This document shows, in pieces, positions 12,345 through 23,115 of a stretch of 64,000 nucleotides of DNA; positions within the stretch are counted from its first letter, which is position 1, and each line of letters starts with the position of its first letter. The notes under the pieces are model-generated. The model made no database searches and was not told the origin of the DNA. It worked only from the letters and a program-made list of their open reading frames with translations. The DNA comes from Monocercomonoides exilis PA203 (taxonomy: Eukaryota; Protista; Preaxostyla): positions 496,001 to 560,000 of the forward strand of contig LSRY02000054.1 in NCBI GenBank assembly GCA_001643675.2, in the 5' to 3' direction. The position numbers and the translations under genes are program-made.

Positions 12345-13123
12345 ATGGAAAAATGTGAATGCACAGCCATGGAAAATGTAATGAATTTCAATTTGTTACG
12401 ATTTTCAATTTATTCATTTTTTACCAAAAAATAGACATATAGAAGGAATTTTAAGCAATCTTTTTGTATGGATCGAATTTTACTAATAAAATAATGTATT
12501 CTATTGTTTATGTGATTTTGTGCAACAGACACATGTGAGACTTGTGGATACGATGAAAATCGCCCAATTTGTTCCAAATGCTGTGAAAAATGCCATTCTA
12601 CTCATAAAACAGTGCCCATTGCGGACAAAATTGGGTTTTGTCATTGCTCGTATGATTTTTATTTGTATCTTTTTGAATGAGCCATCTTTTGCGTATAATT
12701 CGATATTTCGAGATTATCGTATGAAGGATGCCAACTGATGCCTGGTGAGTGCATCGGGAAGTCGAGATGTACACAGGTTCAACCTTGCTTTTCTTGTGAT
12801 ACGTGCGGACTTGCACATATTTGCATGCCTTGCGTCAAGCGCTGCCATTCGTATTTTATTTCTTTTTTTAAGTATTATTATTGTGAAACTGGCTTTTGTA
12901 TTGCTTGAATTCATTTATCAGAACTCATCAGTGGAACTATAGCGGACAGGAGAAGTTTGTCTGCGATTGCTCAATGCCCACAGCACCAAATCCATGCTTT
13001 ATATCAAGCGGGCTTTCATCGGTTACCGTGTTTGAGCATCCTCGTTCAATGCCTGATGGAGAAATTGCTTCGCTGAAAGTTGCTTATCCTACTTTGATTC
13101 ACATGACTGAAGTCCGTGTATGA
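12345..13123 (+). CDS. Small protein with two tandem UBR-box-type zinc fingers (5 exons)
   Basis: Spliced translation MEKCECTAMENTYRRNFKQSFYTCETCGYDENRPICSKCCEKCHSTHKTVPIADKIGFCHCS...QPCFSCDTCGLAHICMPCVKRCHSTHQWNYSGQEKFVCDC...; Cys/His spacing matches the UBR box (CxTC..CxxC..CH..H..FxCDC). Confidence 0.8.
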
Positions 13124-13372
13124 GGTCATTGTCGTTGTATTTACCTTCAAAAAGAAAGATCCATTTTTTTGGTAATGCTGTTGCGTTCTGTTTGAATAAT
13201 AAGGAATCATCATTGAAGCCTTCTGTGTGATTATTTTTATATTTCATTCGATTAGTACTAAATTTTGTGAAGAGTAAAATTTTTGATTTTTGCCAAACTT
13301 TCTTTCCCTTAAATTTTTATGTTTTTTATTTAACAATCCACATTTCTTGCGAATTATTGCAGTGAAATTGAA

Positions 13373-15352
13373 ATGAACGATGATAAATGTGATTTCATAA
13401 AATTGAAGTCTTATCTAGAAAATTCCTTTTACGTGTATTTGTCTTTATCAAAGGAAGATAAAAAAAAATGTGATGTTAACACTTTGTTTGAAATATTAAA
13501 CTTGAATCTAAAAGATTCAAAAGAATCCGAAAGCAAAATTATATTATATGTTTTACATGCGTTTTCAATATCTGGAGTGTCGTCATTTGTTCGTGTTGGC
13601 CAGAATCATTATGAATGGATTTTTCGTGATGCACGCGTTATTTCGACGTTAAATAATATTTTATCTGCAAGTGAAAATAATTTTAAAAGCGTTCAAATAG
13701 CCTGTATAATCTCAAATGTAACTTCTCTTGATGATCTGAACAAATCGATTGTTGATTCGCTGATAAATATTTTTATTTCTAATGGAAATTCACAAATAGC
13801 AAAAGAAAAGCAAATGAATCCTGCTTTATGGCTGCCTTCGCTTTATCGACTATTAACAAATGAAAGTTTGATTCTTTTTGTAATTTGTTTCGTATTTAAT
13901 TTATATTTTGTTCATTCAATTTCATTAACAGAAATTGCAGAAATGTTCCAAAACATGGGTGGTGTTACATTTCTAAAATCTCTTCTTTTTGACCCTTCGT
14001 TGCTGGTCAGATCTCATGTCCTTCTTTGTTTGTCATTATTATTGAAGTGCAAAGGATTGAAGCTGGTAAATGAGGTGGAATCTCTTGTTAAGCAAAACTT
14101 GAGGAGCATTATTTCCGAAGTTACAAGCATTCTGTGCAACGAAGCCTCAACATACAATCAATCCCCGAAAGTGAGTTCAGATTTGATGAAGAATTTGACT
14201 GAACAAGATGAAGGGGCAGATTTTTTCTTTTCGAATTCTGAGCTGTTTGTTATTGTTAAGTGCTGCATCTGTTCATTCCGCTTTCTGTTGTTTCAAAATG
14301 AGTCTGTTGTTCAGCGTGTTATTGAAGAAAAGCTGGAGGAGATGAATAAAGAGAATACAACTTCTGTAAGCGCGAGTGGTGTAGAAAAGCCTCAGAAATC
14401 GTTACTCTCAATGCTTCTTGTTATCATTGAGCGCCTTGACGAATTATTGGTGAAAGCGAGCATCGAGTTGAATGCCTTTGGATTCAAACTGAGGAACGAT
14501 GTATTTCCTTCAGTTGCAGGCAGTGGTTCATCAACAGAACTTGATTCTGATGTGTCTGAGTCATTACAGCCTTTCTCATCAAAGGAAATTTCAAGTGAAA
14601 TGAGGCTGCGATATTTGCTTCTGTGTGAAGAGTGCGAATACCGCGCCACTCAGATTTATGCGGCAGAGATATTTGTTTCTCTTTGCTTCAATGGGAAGCC
14701 AAGACTTTTCTGTGCTTTGTTCGCATCGCCTTTGTTTCGGGAGACTCTTCAAGAGATTTTTATGTGGGACTGCTGCATCAACAGAAGAAGGCATTTGACA
14801 GCGAGTGTTCAGTGCCAAAGGAAAGCAATTGATGGAAAGGAAAAAGAAGAGGAAAACAAAAACGAGGATATGTTTACTGTTGACGATGGAAATACAATTG
14901 ACTTCATAAAGCAGCTTCTGTTTTTGATGAAGAAAATGTTGTTGGCTGAGTCATCAATCAAATTTGAAGAGGATCCTGATGACAATGAAAATGATGAAGA
15001 ATCAGGAAAAAATAGTTTTGAAGAGGAGAAAGAAATGAAGGATAACAAATCAAAAGAAACAAGCGAATGCTCAACAGAGAATTTCGTAGTGGAAAAAGAG
15101 AAGAAGGAAAAGGAAGAAAAAAAGGCACAAGTTGATAGTGAAGATATTAAAATTATAAAACAAAGCGAAGAGAAAAAATCAATTTTACCAAAATTTGTTC
15201 TTTCGAAAAAGAATCTTCTTTTGTGTTTTAAAGAATTTTTAGAAGAAGAAGATATTCTTCAGTTTGTGATACAGTTTATTCATCATTCTAACGAAAGAAT
15301 AGCTGAACTTGCAAATGAAGTGATGTTGTTATTGTTGGATTTTGAAGGATGA
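13373..15352 (+). CDS. Hypothetical helical (possibly ARM-like) protein with acidic C-terminal insert
   Basis: 659-aa ORF, Leu-rich helical composition; probable in-frame 66-nt intron 13866-13931 (GTTTG...AACAG). Confidence 0.7.
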   Translation: MNDDKCDFIKLKSYLENSFYVYLSLSKEDKKKCDVNTLFEILNLNLKDSKESESKIILYVLHAFSISGVSSFVRVGQNHYEWIFRDARVISTLNNILSASENNFKSVQIACIISNVTSLDDLNKSIVDSLINIFISNGNSQIAKEKQMNPALWLPSLYRLLTNESLILFVICFVFNLYFVHSISLTEIAEMFQNMGGVTFLKSLLFDPSLLVRSHVLLCLSLLLKCKGLKLVNEVESLVKQNLRSIISEVTSILCNEASTYNQSPKVSSDLMKNLTEQDEGADFFFSNSELFVIVKCCICSFRFLLFQNESVVQRVIEEKLEEMNKENTTSVSASGVEKPQKSLLSMLLVIIERLDELLVKASIELNAFGFKLRNDVFPSVAGSGSSTELDSDVSESLQPFSSKEISSEMRLRYLLLCEECEYRATQIYAAEIFVSLCFNGKPRLFCALFASPLFRETLQEIFMWDCCINRRRHLTASVQCQRKAIDGKEKEEENKNEDMFTVDDGNTIDFIKQLLFLMKKMLLAESSIKFEEDPDDNENDEESGKNSFEEEKEMKDNKSKETSECSTENFVVEKEKKEKEEKKAQVDSEDIKIIKQSEEKKSILPKFVLSKKNLLLCFKEFLEEEDILQFVIQFIHHSNERIAELANEVMLLLLDFEG

Positions 15353-15914
15353 AGAATTCGTTCCAAAAGAAAAAATAATGATAAAGATATTCTTTTTCGC
15401 AAAAGTTTGAAGAAATTACTTTGAGCATGGAGCAAATCATGCATATATTTCATTTAAATTTATAAAAAAAAAAACGTGTCATTTTTTGTCATTTTTAATA
15501 ATGTCAAATCAAGCAACTAGCTTATATCTTTGATCTTTAAATTTCTTATATTTCTCCTCAAAATAAGTTCAAAAAAAATGCTAAAGTTATTCTGTTCAAT
15601 GTTTTTTGTTTCAAATGAAAAAAAAATAAGAATCAAGTATTGAAAAAAATTTTTTTGGAATTAGTTTTTGCAAATTTAATGAACATATTTGTTGTTTCTT
15701 TGCCCTCAAAAAAAATCATTTTTCGGAGATTGAGAAAATGTAATTATGGTAACATTCCGAAAGATAAAAATTATATATCCCAGGATCAAGATAATCATTA
15801 TTAATTGAGCTATTTCGCGATAGCTCTATTCATTGTGATTGATTTTGGTGTAAATTTTGAAGCCTCTTGTTTTTGAAATATTTATTTTGAGGCTGATTTA
15901 CATCGAAAAATTCA

Positions 15915-17964
15915 ATGAGCGGATGTTTTAAGTCATTTTCGGAACACTTCATGAAGATTTCATCTATCATCATCATCGCGATTCTATTAATGTACCCTAC
16001 AGCACGCATATTAACCTGGGTTTGGTGGGGTTGGATAGTGGAGATTCCTGCTCGTTTTTTAGTTTTCTTTGTAATTTCAATAATCCCTGTTGTATTATCT
16101 GCTATTTCTCGAATGTATCGGAATCGCAATAAGAACTATCTGCTATGGTGCCTTGTATCATCTGGAAATATTATATTAAATTGTCTCCTTATAGGCATTG
16201 TTTTATGCATGATTTGCGAAATTGTTGTGATTATTTCATATTGTTTACATATTTTCTACATCATACACAACCAATGGATATTCGCTGTGGCTGTTGTTGG
16301 ACTAACAGCTATTTTCGCTGCTATTGGACTTGTTAACGGATTGACTGTAAATATCAAAAAATTCCAAATTTGCTCACCTTTATCTCAATCACTTCGAATA
16401 ATTCAACTGAGCGATGTTCATATTGGATCTCGCTCAAAAAGATTCCTTCGAAATGTTGTAAACAAAGTCAATAAGCTTTGTGCAGATTTCGTTTTTATTA
16501 CTGGAGATCTTGCTGATTCATCAGTGGTGTTTGATCCGTCAACTTCACTCGGTAAAAGCTCTGATGATAGGGCTTGTGAAATGGGGAACTTTAATTCTTC
16601 ATCTACTGATGCATCCGCAAATTCCAATAAAAATTCACTTCATTCAAATTCTTCAGGTTGCTGTTGTAATATTTCCTACAAAAGCATCCCTCATCACAAA
16701 AGAAATCATGATCTTGAACCACTTCACGACTTGAAGGCAAGATTCGGAATTTTCCTTGTTTTGGTTTGTATATTTTTTATTTATTTATTTATTTAAAAAA
16801 GAAATTTATATGTTTTTTTTTTTTTTTTTTAAATTTTAGGGAAATCACGAATATGTCAGTGGTCAGCAAGGCTTCTTGCGCACCTTGAAGAATTACCCCA
16901 ACATCACCGTCCTCAACGACGAAGAAGTGTTTGTGCCTGTTTCACCAGCGGCAAACGCTAACACCTTTCATTCAGCACAGTCAGCACATTCAGTGCGATC
17001 AGTGCAATCGTCTGATTCCTCATCAGAAGTCACTTCTGATTCTAATTCTTCTTCTTCTTCTTTATTAAATTCATCAACACCTTCTTCTTCTTCTTCTCTT
17101 TCTTCTTCCAAAGAGAAGCCCATCGAATATGTCGACATTATCGGTGTAGATGACTGCTGTTCTGCTGCTTTTCGGGAGACAGTCAACAAATACTTGCTGT
17201 TGCACCAGAAGCTGACTGAGCCGCCGACTGTAAATTCGCCTTTCCATTTCGCTCTTTCACGGAAAGATGACGATGTTGAAGCTGGTGGCAATGAAATTGC
17301 TTCTGTGAATGCGTCTGATTCATTGTCTTCTTCTTCCTCTTCCTCTTCTTCTCCCTCCTCCTCCCCCCATCTCTCCATGCACCCATCCAACACCCTGCGC
17401 ATCATGCTGCACCACCGCCCACACCGGAGAACGCTGAACGACACAGTCCGCAAGATGGAGCTGGATGTGATTCTGAGCGGGCACACGCACGGCGGGCAGA
17501 TTCTGATTGTGATGCCTTTTGCGAAGATGCTGTTCCACGGGGTGTATGGGATGTACGAGCTGGTGAAGGACAAGGCGAAGAGTATGAGGATGATGGGGAA
17601 GAAGGGGGTGGAAGGAGGAGAAGAAGAAGAAAAAGGAGAAGGAGAGGAAAGAGAAAAGAATGGGTTGAAGGAAGCTTGTGAGGGAGAGGAGAAGGGGTTG
17701 CTGGAGGAGGAAGTCAAAACGCAGAATTGGAATCAAAGCACAGAAAACAAAGAAATGAACACTTGCACGTTATCATCATCTTCTTCTTCTTCTTCGTCTT
17801 CATTGACTTCATTGAGCAAAGGGTCATCACGACTGAATCAGTTGCCGTTTATTTACATCAGCCCTGGGACAGGGACGGGCAGTGCTCCGTTCAGGCAAGT
17901 GGCACGCAATGAGATTACAGTTTTTGACTTTACAGGAAAAGATGAAGTTTCGAAAGATGTTTGA
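15915..17964 (+). CDS. Membrane-anchored calcineurin-like metallophosphoesterase (YkuE/TMPPE-like)
   Basis: N-terminal TM helices; motifs LSDVHIG, GDLAD, GNHE (formed across intron 16764-16839), HHRP, SGHTHGGQ, YISPGTG. Confidence 0.88.
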
Positions 17965-18380
17965 AATTAGTATATTCTGATTATTATTATTATTATTATT
18001 ATTTCACTTTATTTTATTTTTTTATTTTATTTTATTTTTTATTTTATTTTATTTTTTATTTAATTTTATTTTATTTATTCTTTTTGAAATGATTTATTAT
18101 TTTTAAGTGCACTTTTAACAAAGATGTGTCTTTTCATTGGGTTTTGAAACTTTTTGCTTATAATTTACATATATATATTTGTATTTCTACTGGAAGAGAA
18201 ATATGGTTAAATAATTTTTTATTTTTCTTTTTGTTTTAAGTTTTTCTCTTTCAAAAAGCACCATCATTTTTTTTAAACTCAATTCATTTTTTTGTGAATT
18301 TGTGATGTGTAATTGTGACAATTTGCTATGTTTTTCCCAATCAATAGAATATGTTTGTCAATTTCAATTTAAAAGAGATA

Positions 18381-18896
18381 CACCAAAAATTATTCAAAAT
18401 GAGAATTTTTGCAAACGAATTGGAAATTTTTTTATTCAAATTAATAATTTTTCATTCAAATTTATAATTTTTGCGTTCGAAATGAAAAAATTTCTGGCGA
18501 AATAAAATTTTTTGCATTCGAAATGAAAATATCTTATGTTTTCACGGGAAATAAAAATAATTTGAAATTCTAAAGATTTTCATGAAAAATTAAAAAATTT
18601 CGAAAATTTTTCTTTCGTACGAAAAAATAATGACAACACAAAGTTATTTCCGATTCAAAAGTGGAAAACTGATTTTCACAAAATTTCGTGAGAGTGTGAA
18701 TAAATTTTTGTAAGGCTTACAACAATTATTAATACGAATGCAAAATTTTTTATTTCGTTTGAAAAAATTATTTATTTTGTTTGCAAAATTTCCATTTTGA
18801 ACGCAAAAGTTCTCATTTTTTTTGCAAAATTATTATTTTATATGCAAATTTTATTTTTTTGAATGCAAATTTTATCGTTTTAAATAATTTTTGGTG
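18381..18896. mobile_element. MITE, CACC-family copy 1 (TA-flanked)
   Basis: TA|CACCAAAAATTATT ... AATAATTTTTGGTG|TA; 516 bp; about 21-bp subterminal repeats. Confidence 0.8.
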
Positions 18897-18929
18897 TAAT
18901 TTTTTTTTGAAAAGTCTCAAAAAAGAAGA

Positions 18930-19400
18930 TGATAGCAAATGTTATTATCAGCCCATTCAAAGTGTTCATTGTTTGGTTTTGCACAAAATGTGCTCTTTTT
19001 CAAATGGAGCATCTTTTTGATTTCATTCTTTCTTTCGAATTCTGATCAAAATAATTTGTGTCAATTATTTATATGGAACCATTTTTTGACGGGATCTAGA
19101 TTTTTAAACAGTTTATAAAGATTCCCACTAACAATGTGTTTGAAAACATTATCAGTATTTACGCAAACCCTGAAAAAAAGGATTATTTCATATGAACAAA
19201 AAGCCCATTTCCAATGGTGTGGATAGGTGTGGTTAATCCCTTCCATCGAAAAAAATCAATGAAGTGGTGAGTAACAAGTGGAGTTTTTCATTACGAATCT
19301 TTACAGATTTTCATGAAGCTGCCAGAAACATCTGAATATCTTCCTTCCATATAAACAAATTGATTCGACTTCTATGGAAAACTGATTACTAATGAGAAAC
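18930..19400 (-). pseudogene. Possible decayed ISXO2/IS1595-like (Merlin-type) transposase fragment
   Basis: Broken frames read RFVMKNSTCYS..RWKG, FKNLDPVKKWFHINN, KLF*SEFERK, TMNTFEW, in the order expected for PGSTIYSDxWKGY / NFVDPxTGxHTNxIE / xWSxxK / YLDEFEW. Confidence 0.3.
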
Positions 19401-19826
19401 TTTTGAGTGATTGGAGTGATTTTTTCGTAATTTAGTGAGATAAAAAAGATTGAAAAGATAAAAAGGATGATGTTGAAAAGGAATCTTAAGAAGAAATGAA
19501 AAAAAAATAGAACATAAAGAAGATTATGAGTTAAAGTCTTTTGTTGAAATGAAAAAAATAAAGAGAAAATTTGAAGTGAATGGAGATGATCATGAAAACG
19601 AAACAATTAAATAAAAAAAATAATGCAAAAAATTAAAAAAAAGAAAAGTTGTTCGTCAAATGGATTAGTTATATGTGTTTTTCTTTTCACTATTTTTTTC
19701 AATTTTTTTATATGAAAGAAAATTCGAACTTTCAAGCTTTTTTTTGTGCGAAGCATTAAGAATTTGTTTTTCTTATTTCTTGATAAAACTGACACATATA
19801 ACAAAATATGTTGGATTTATATATAT

Positions 19827-20082
19827 AGGTGGTTAATTTTGAAATCATATTTTTTCGAATAAAATTATCAGATTAAAATTTTTGTTTCGAATTTTTGTCA
19901 ATGAACATCGAAAAGAAATAACTGCAACAAAAATCATCTTTGTCTTTCTTTCCCATCAAACAATGTCTTTTGATTCAATGAAATGATTAAAACATTTCAA
20001 CAAAAAATTTATTTTCGAATTCATAAAACTTTCATAATAATGCACACCCCGAAAAAAGTTATGATTTCAAAAATAATCACCC
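19827..20082. mobile_element. MITE, GGGTGATT family copy 1 (256 bp)
   Basis: Degenerate left TIR AGGTGGTTAATTTTGAAATCATA; right TIR TATGATTTCAAAAATAATCACCC; flanks ATAT/AATT. Confidence 0.8.
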
Positions 20083-21061
20083 AATTGTTAAATCATCACA
20101 ACTGATTCAAAACAAATGTTTTTGTTAACATAAAGATAAAGAAATCTATATAGAGCCTTTCCATTTTTCAAAGTTCTTTTGTTAATATTCTAAAGAATCC
20201 ATCGAACCGAAAGTTTTGTACGGAAAATTTTGATATAAAAAATAAACACCCATATGAATGCATATATCGTTGATATACCAACACAACGTTTGTTGACCTC
20301 ACATGTATTGAATGAAATGAGCTCATTGAATTTGTATTATTTGATCACGAAAAGTTAATCCACAACACATTATTTTTCTTTAAAATGACTAATTTGTTAT
20401 ATTCAACTCAGTAATTCTTTAAATAATATGTTGAGAAAAAAATAGTGGTTTCAAAATATTTGAAAAAAAAGAAATCTCAAAGTTTTTGAATAACCAAAAA
20501 TATTAAAAAGAAAAGCTTGACAGAAACAAAAAAATGAAAACACTCAAAATCAAAATCTCATGGAAGCAATAATAATTCATTGATCATTAAATTCAATTTT
20601 TTTTTTATTTTTTTTATTTTTTTTTTAATTATGTTATATTTTATTTTTTTTAAAAGAAGAAAAACAAATTTTTTGAAAATATTATTGTGAAACTTGATAA
20701 TAATTTGTTTTTTCTTGTTAAAGAATTCTCATCAAATGCAAGCTTCTCTTTGAAGCGATATTAGCAAGAAGAAATGAACTTTTTCAAAACTGGGTACTAA
20801 AAAATATCTGGCAAATGATAACTTAACGTAGTCAATGAGAATAAGTATTTAACCTATATTTTTTTTTATGTTGTATATTAAATGATAAATAAAAAACCAA
20901 TAGGTTCGAAAATTAAAGAATATTACAAATATTTTTCAACTTATTTTTAATTAAAAACACCCAAAATATTTTTTATTTTGATAAATAAAAATTTAAAAAA
21001 CTCATTATTCAGAAGTCATAAAAGTTAAATCTAGTTTTTAATTTTAATTTAATAAACATAT

Positions 21062-21315
21062 GTGTGATTATTTTTGAAAACATAACTTTTTTCTGTGTGT
21101 TTATTTTAAAAAAGTTGTTGATTTTTGGTAAAAAAAGTGTTTTCAAATGCACAATTTATGACGACAGTGTTTATAATTAGTGTTTTTTCTCAAATAAAGA
21201 TGAAGATTTCTTTGATAAGTTTTTTCATTTTTCAGTGTTCTTTTGTTGATATTTTAATGAAATTTTCGAATCGAAATTTCAGAAAGAAAAAATATGATTT
21301 CAAAAATAATCACCC
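21062..21315. mobile_element. MITE, GGGTGATT family copy 2
   Basis: GTGTGATTATTTTTGAAAACATA ... TATGATTTCAAAAATAATCACCC; ATAT on both flanks. Confidence 0.82.
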
Positions 21316-21518
21316 ATATCTATCATTTTATTAAATGCGTTATTAAATACATAACCTAAATGCGAAATATCTGTTTTTTCAATTTTTCAAAAATTGATCT
21401 CTCCCACAATATTTAACTTTATTCTAGGTTTTTTTTTACAAAAAAATTTGAGATTAAAAACCAAAAATTCGATTCTAAACGTGTTTTATATATTCCATTT
21501 AATAACGATTTAGGCAAG

Positions 21519-22346
21519 TCACAACTTTAAGAAACATTCAGATATTCGTTTTTTTTTTTTTCGGATTTTTTGTGATAGAATGATTTAACATCAAAAAATA
21601 AAACATGCTAGGGGTGAATTTTCCATTTTAAGAATCCTTTTTTTTCAATGAAAAAAGTCAAATTTTCGAAAATATTATGGTTATGATCAAACTAATTACA
21701 AAAATTTAAATTTGAAAACCGAACGATTTTATGAAATTTCTTCGTTTAATACAAATTGATTTGTTGGAAAAAATCTTTCCATTCAAATGAAGTGAATAAA
21801 AGATGTTTGAAGTTTTTTTTTTTTTTTTTTAAGGAATAAAATGTAGTGAAAATGAACTTCTCGGATTTCATTCTGCTTTAGGGTTTTCCTTCGAATCGAA
21901 ATATTAAGTTTTAAGGTTTGCATTTAATTTTTGTTCACATTTTTATTTATAGGGTTAGGGTCTTAATCTCAAAAATCACTTTTTCACACATAAAAAAACG
22001 TGTGTTTTAATGATTGTGTTTGATGAAATGAAAAAAAAATATTAAATATTTGAATAAATTACAAACTTTTCTTTCATTCTTTATTATAATAAAAAAAGAA
22101 AGCTCAGAATTATATAAATTTATTTTAAAAATACTTTAAAAAAGTTTATTTTTATTTAAATTTTTGAAATTAGTTTGATCATAACCATAATATTTTCGAA
22201 AATTTGACTTTTTTCATTGAAAAAAAAGGATTCTTAAAATGGAAAATTCACCCATAGCATGTTTTATTTTTTGATGTTAAATCATTCTATCACAAAAAAT
22301 CCGAAAAAAAAAAAAACGAATATCTGAATATTACTTAAAGTTGTGA
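21519..22346. mobile_element. Foldback-like element with about 190-bp near-perfect inverted arms
   Basis: About 21519-21711 is the reverse complement of about 22155-22346 with only a few mismatches; AT-rich non-coding spacer. Confidence 0.85.
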
Positions 22347-23115
22347 TTAACCACGTTTTATTAATGTTAAAAATTTTGTGAACATTTCAACGACTACGTA
22401 AAGTTATCAGATGCCAAATATCTGAACCAAAATTGAAATTTATGATATTCACAAAGAAAGATTGAAACAAAGCAAATAAGATGACTGACTGGCACTTACT
22501 GATGTTAACAATATTTTTACCACCCCCCTATCTCTTCAGGTGCTAATTTAAATGGACACAAAGAATACAAAGCCTTTAATAATGTTTCATTTTTGCCTGC
22601 TCAAAAAATTTATAAAAGACAAAAAGAAAAATTTAAAAAAGATGGAAAAAACATTTAAATAAAAAAGAAACAGCCTACAAACACTTCACGCGAGAATTTT
22701 CGAATAGAATTTTAGCGAATTCATCGAATATTCATTTATGCAATAGATTCACAAAAAGAAAAACGAGTTAAGATGCAAATTTTCAACCTAATGAACATAT
22801 ACACAAAAAAAAATTTGATATTCAGAAAAAGATTATAACAATCAAACAAAATACATTTAGTGAGTCTGTTCAAGAGATGTAGAAGATTCAAAACAAAAAC
22901 ATTAATTCATGAAACAATTGTGAAATAAATCACACAGAAACACAAATATGAAGAAGTTTAAGAATTAATAACCTTTGCGATCAGAAAGTTCAGTTGGGCA
23001 AGATTCAACACAATTCATACAGAGCTTGCAACATTTATATTATCGAACATTTCTGATATACTTTCCAATTCCACAAGCACATAACAAAGAAACAAGAAAG
23101 TTAAGCAAATAAGCA

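Noticed and set aside
21876-21962. TTAGGG-like hexamers
   Set aside because: Only one or two scattered units; too few to call an interstitial telomeric array.
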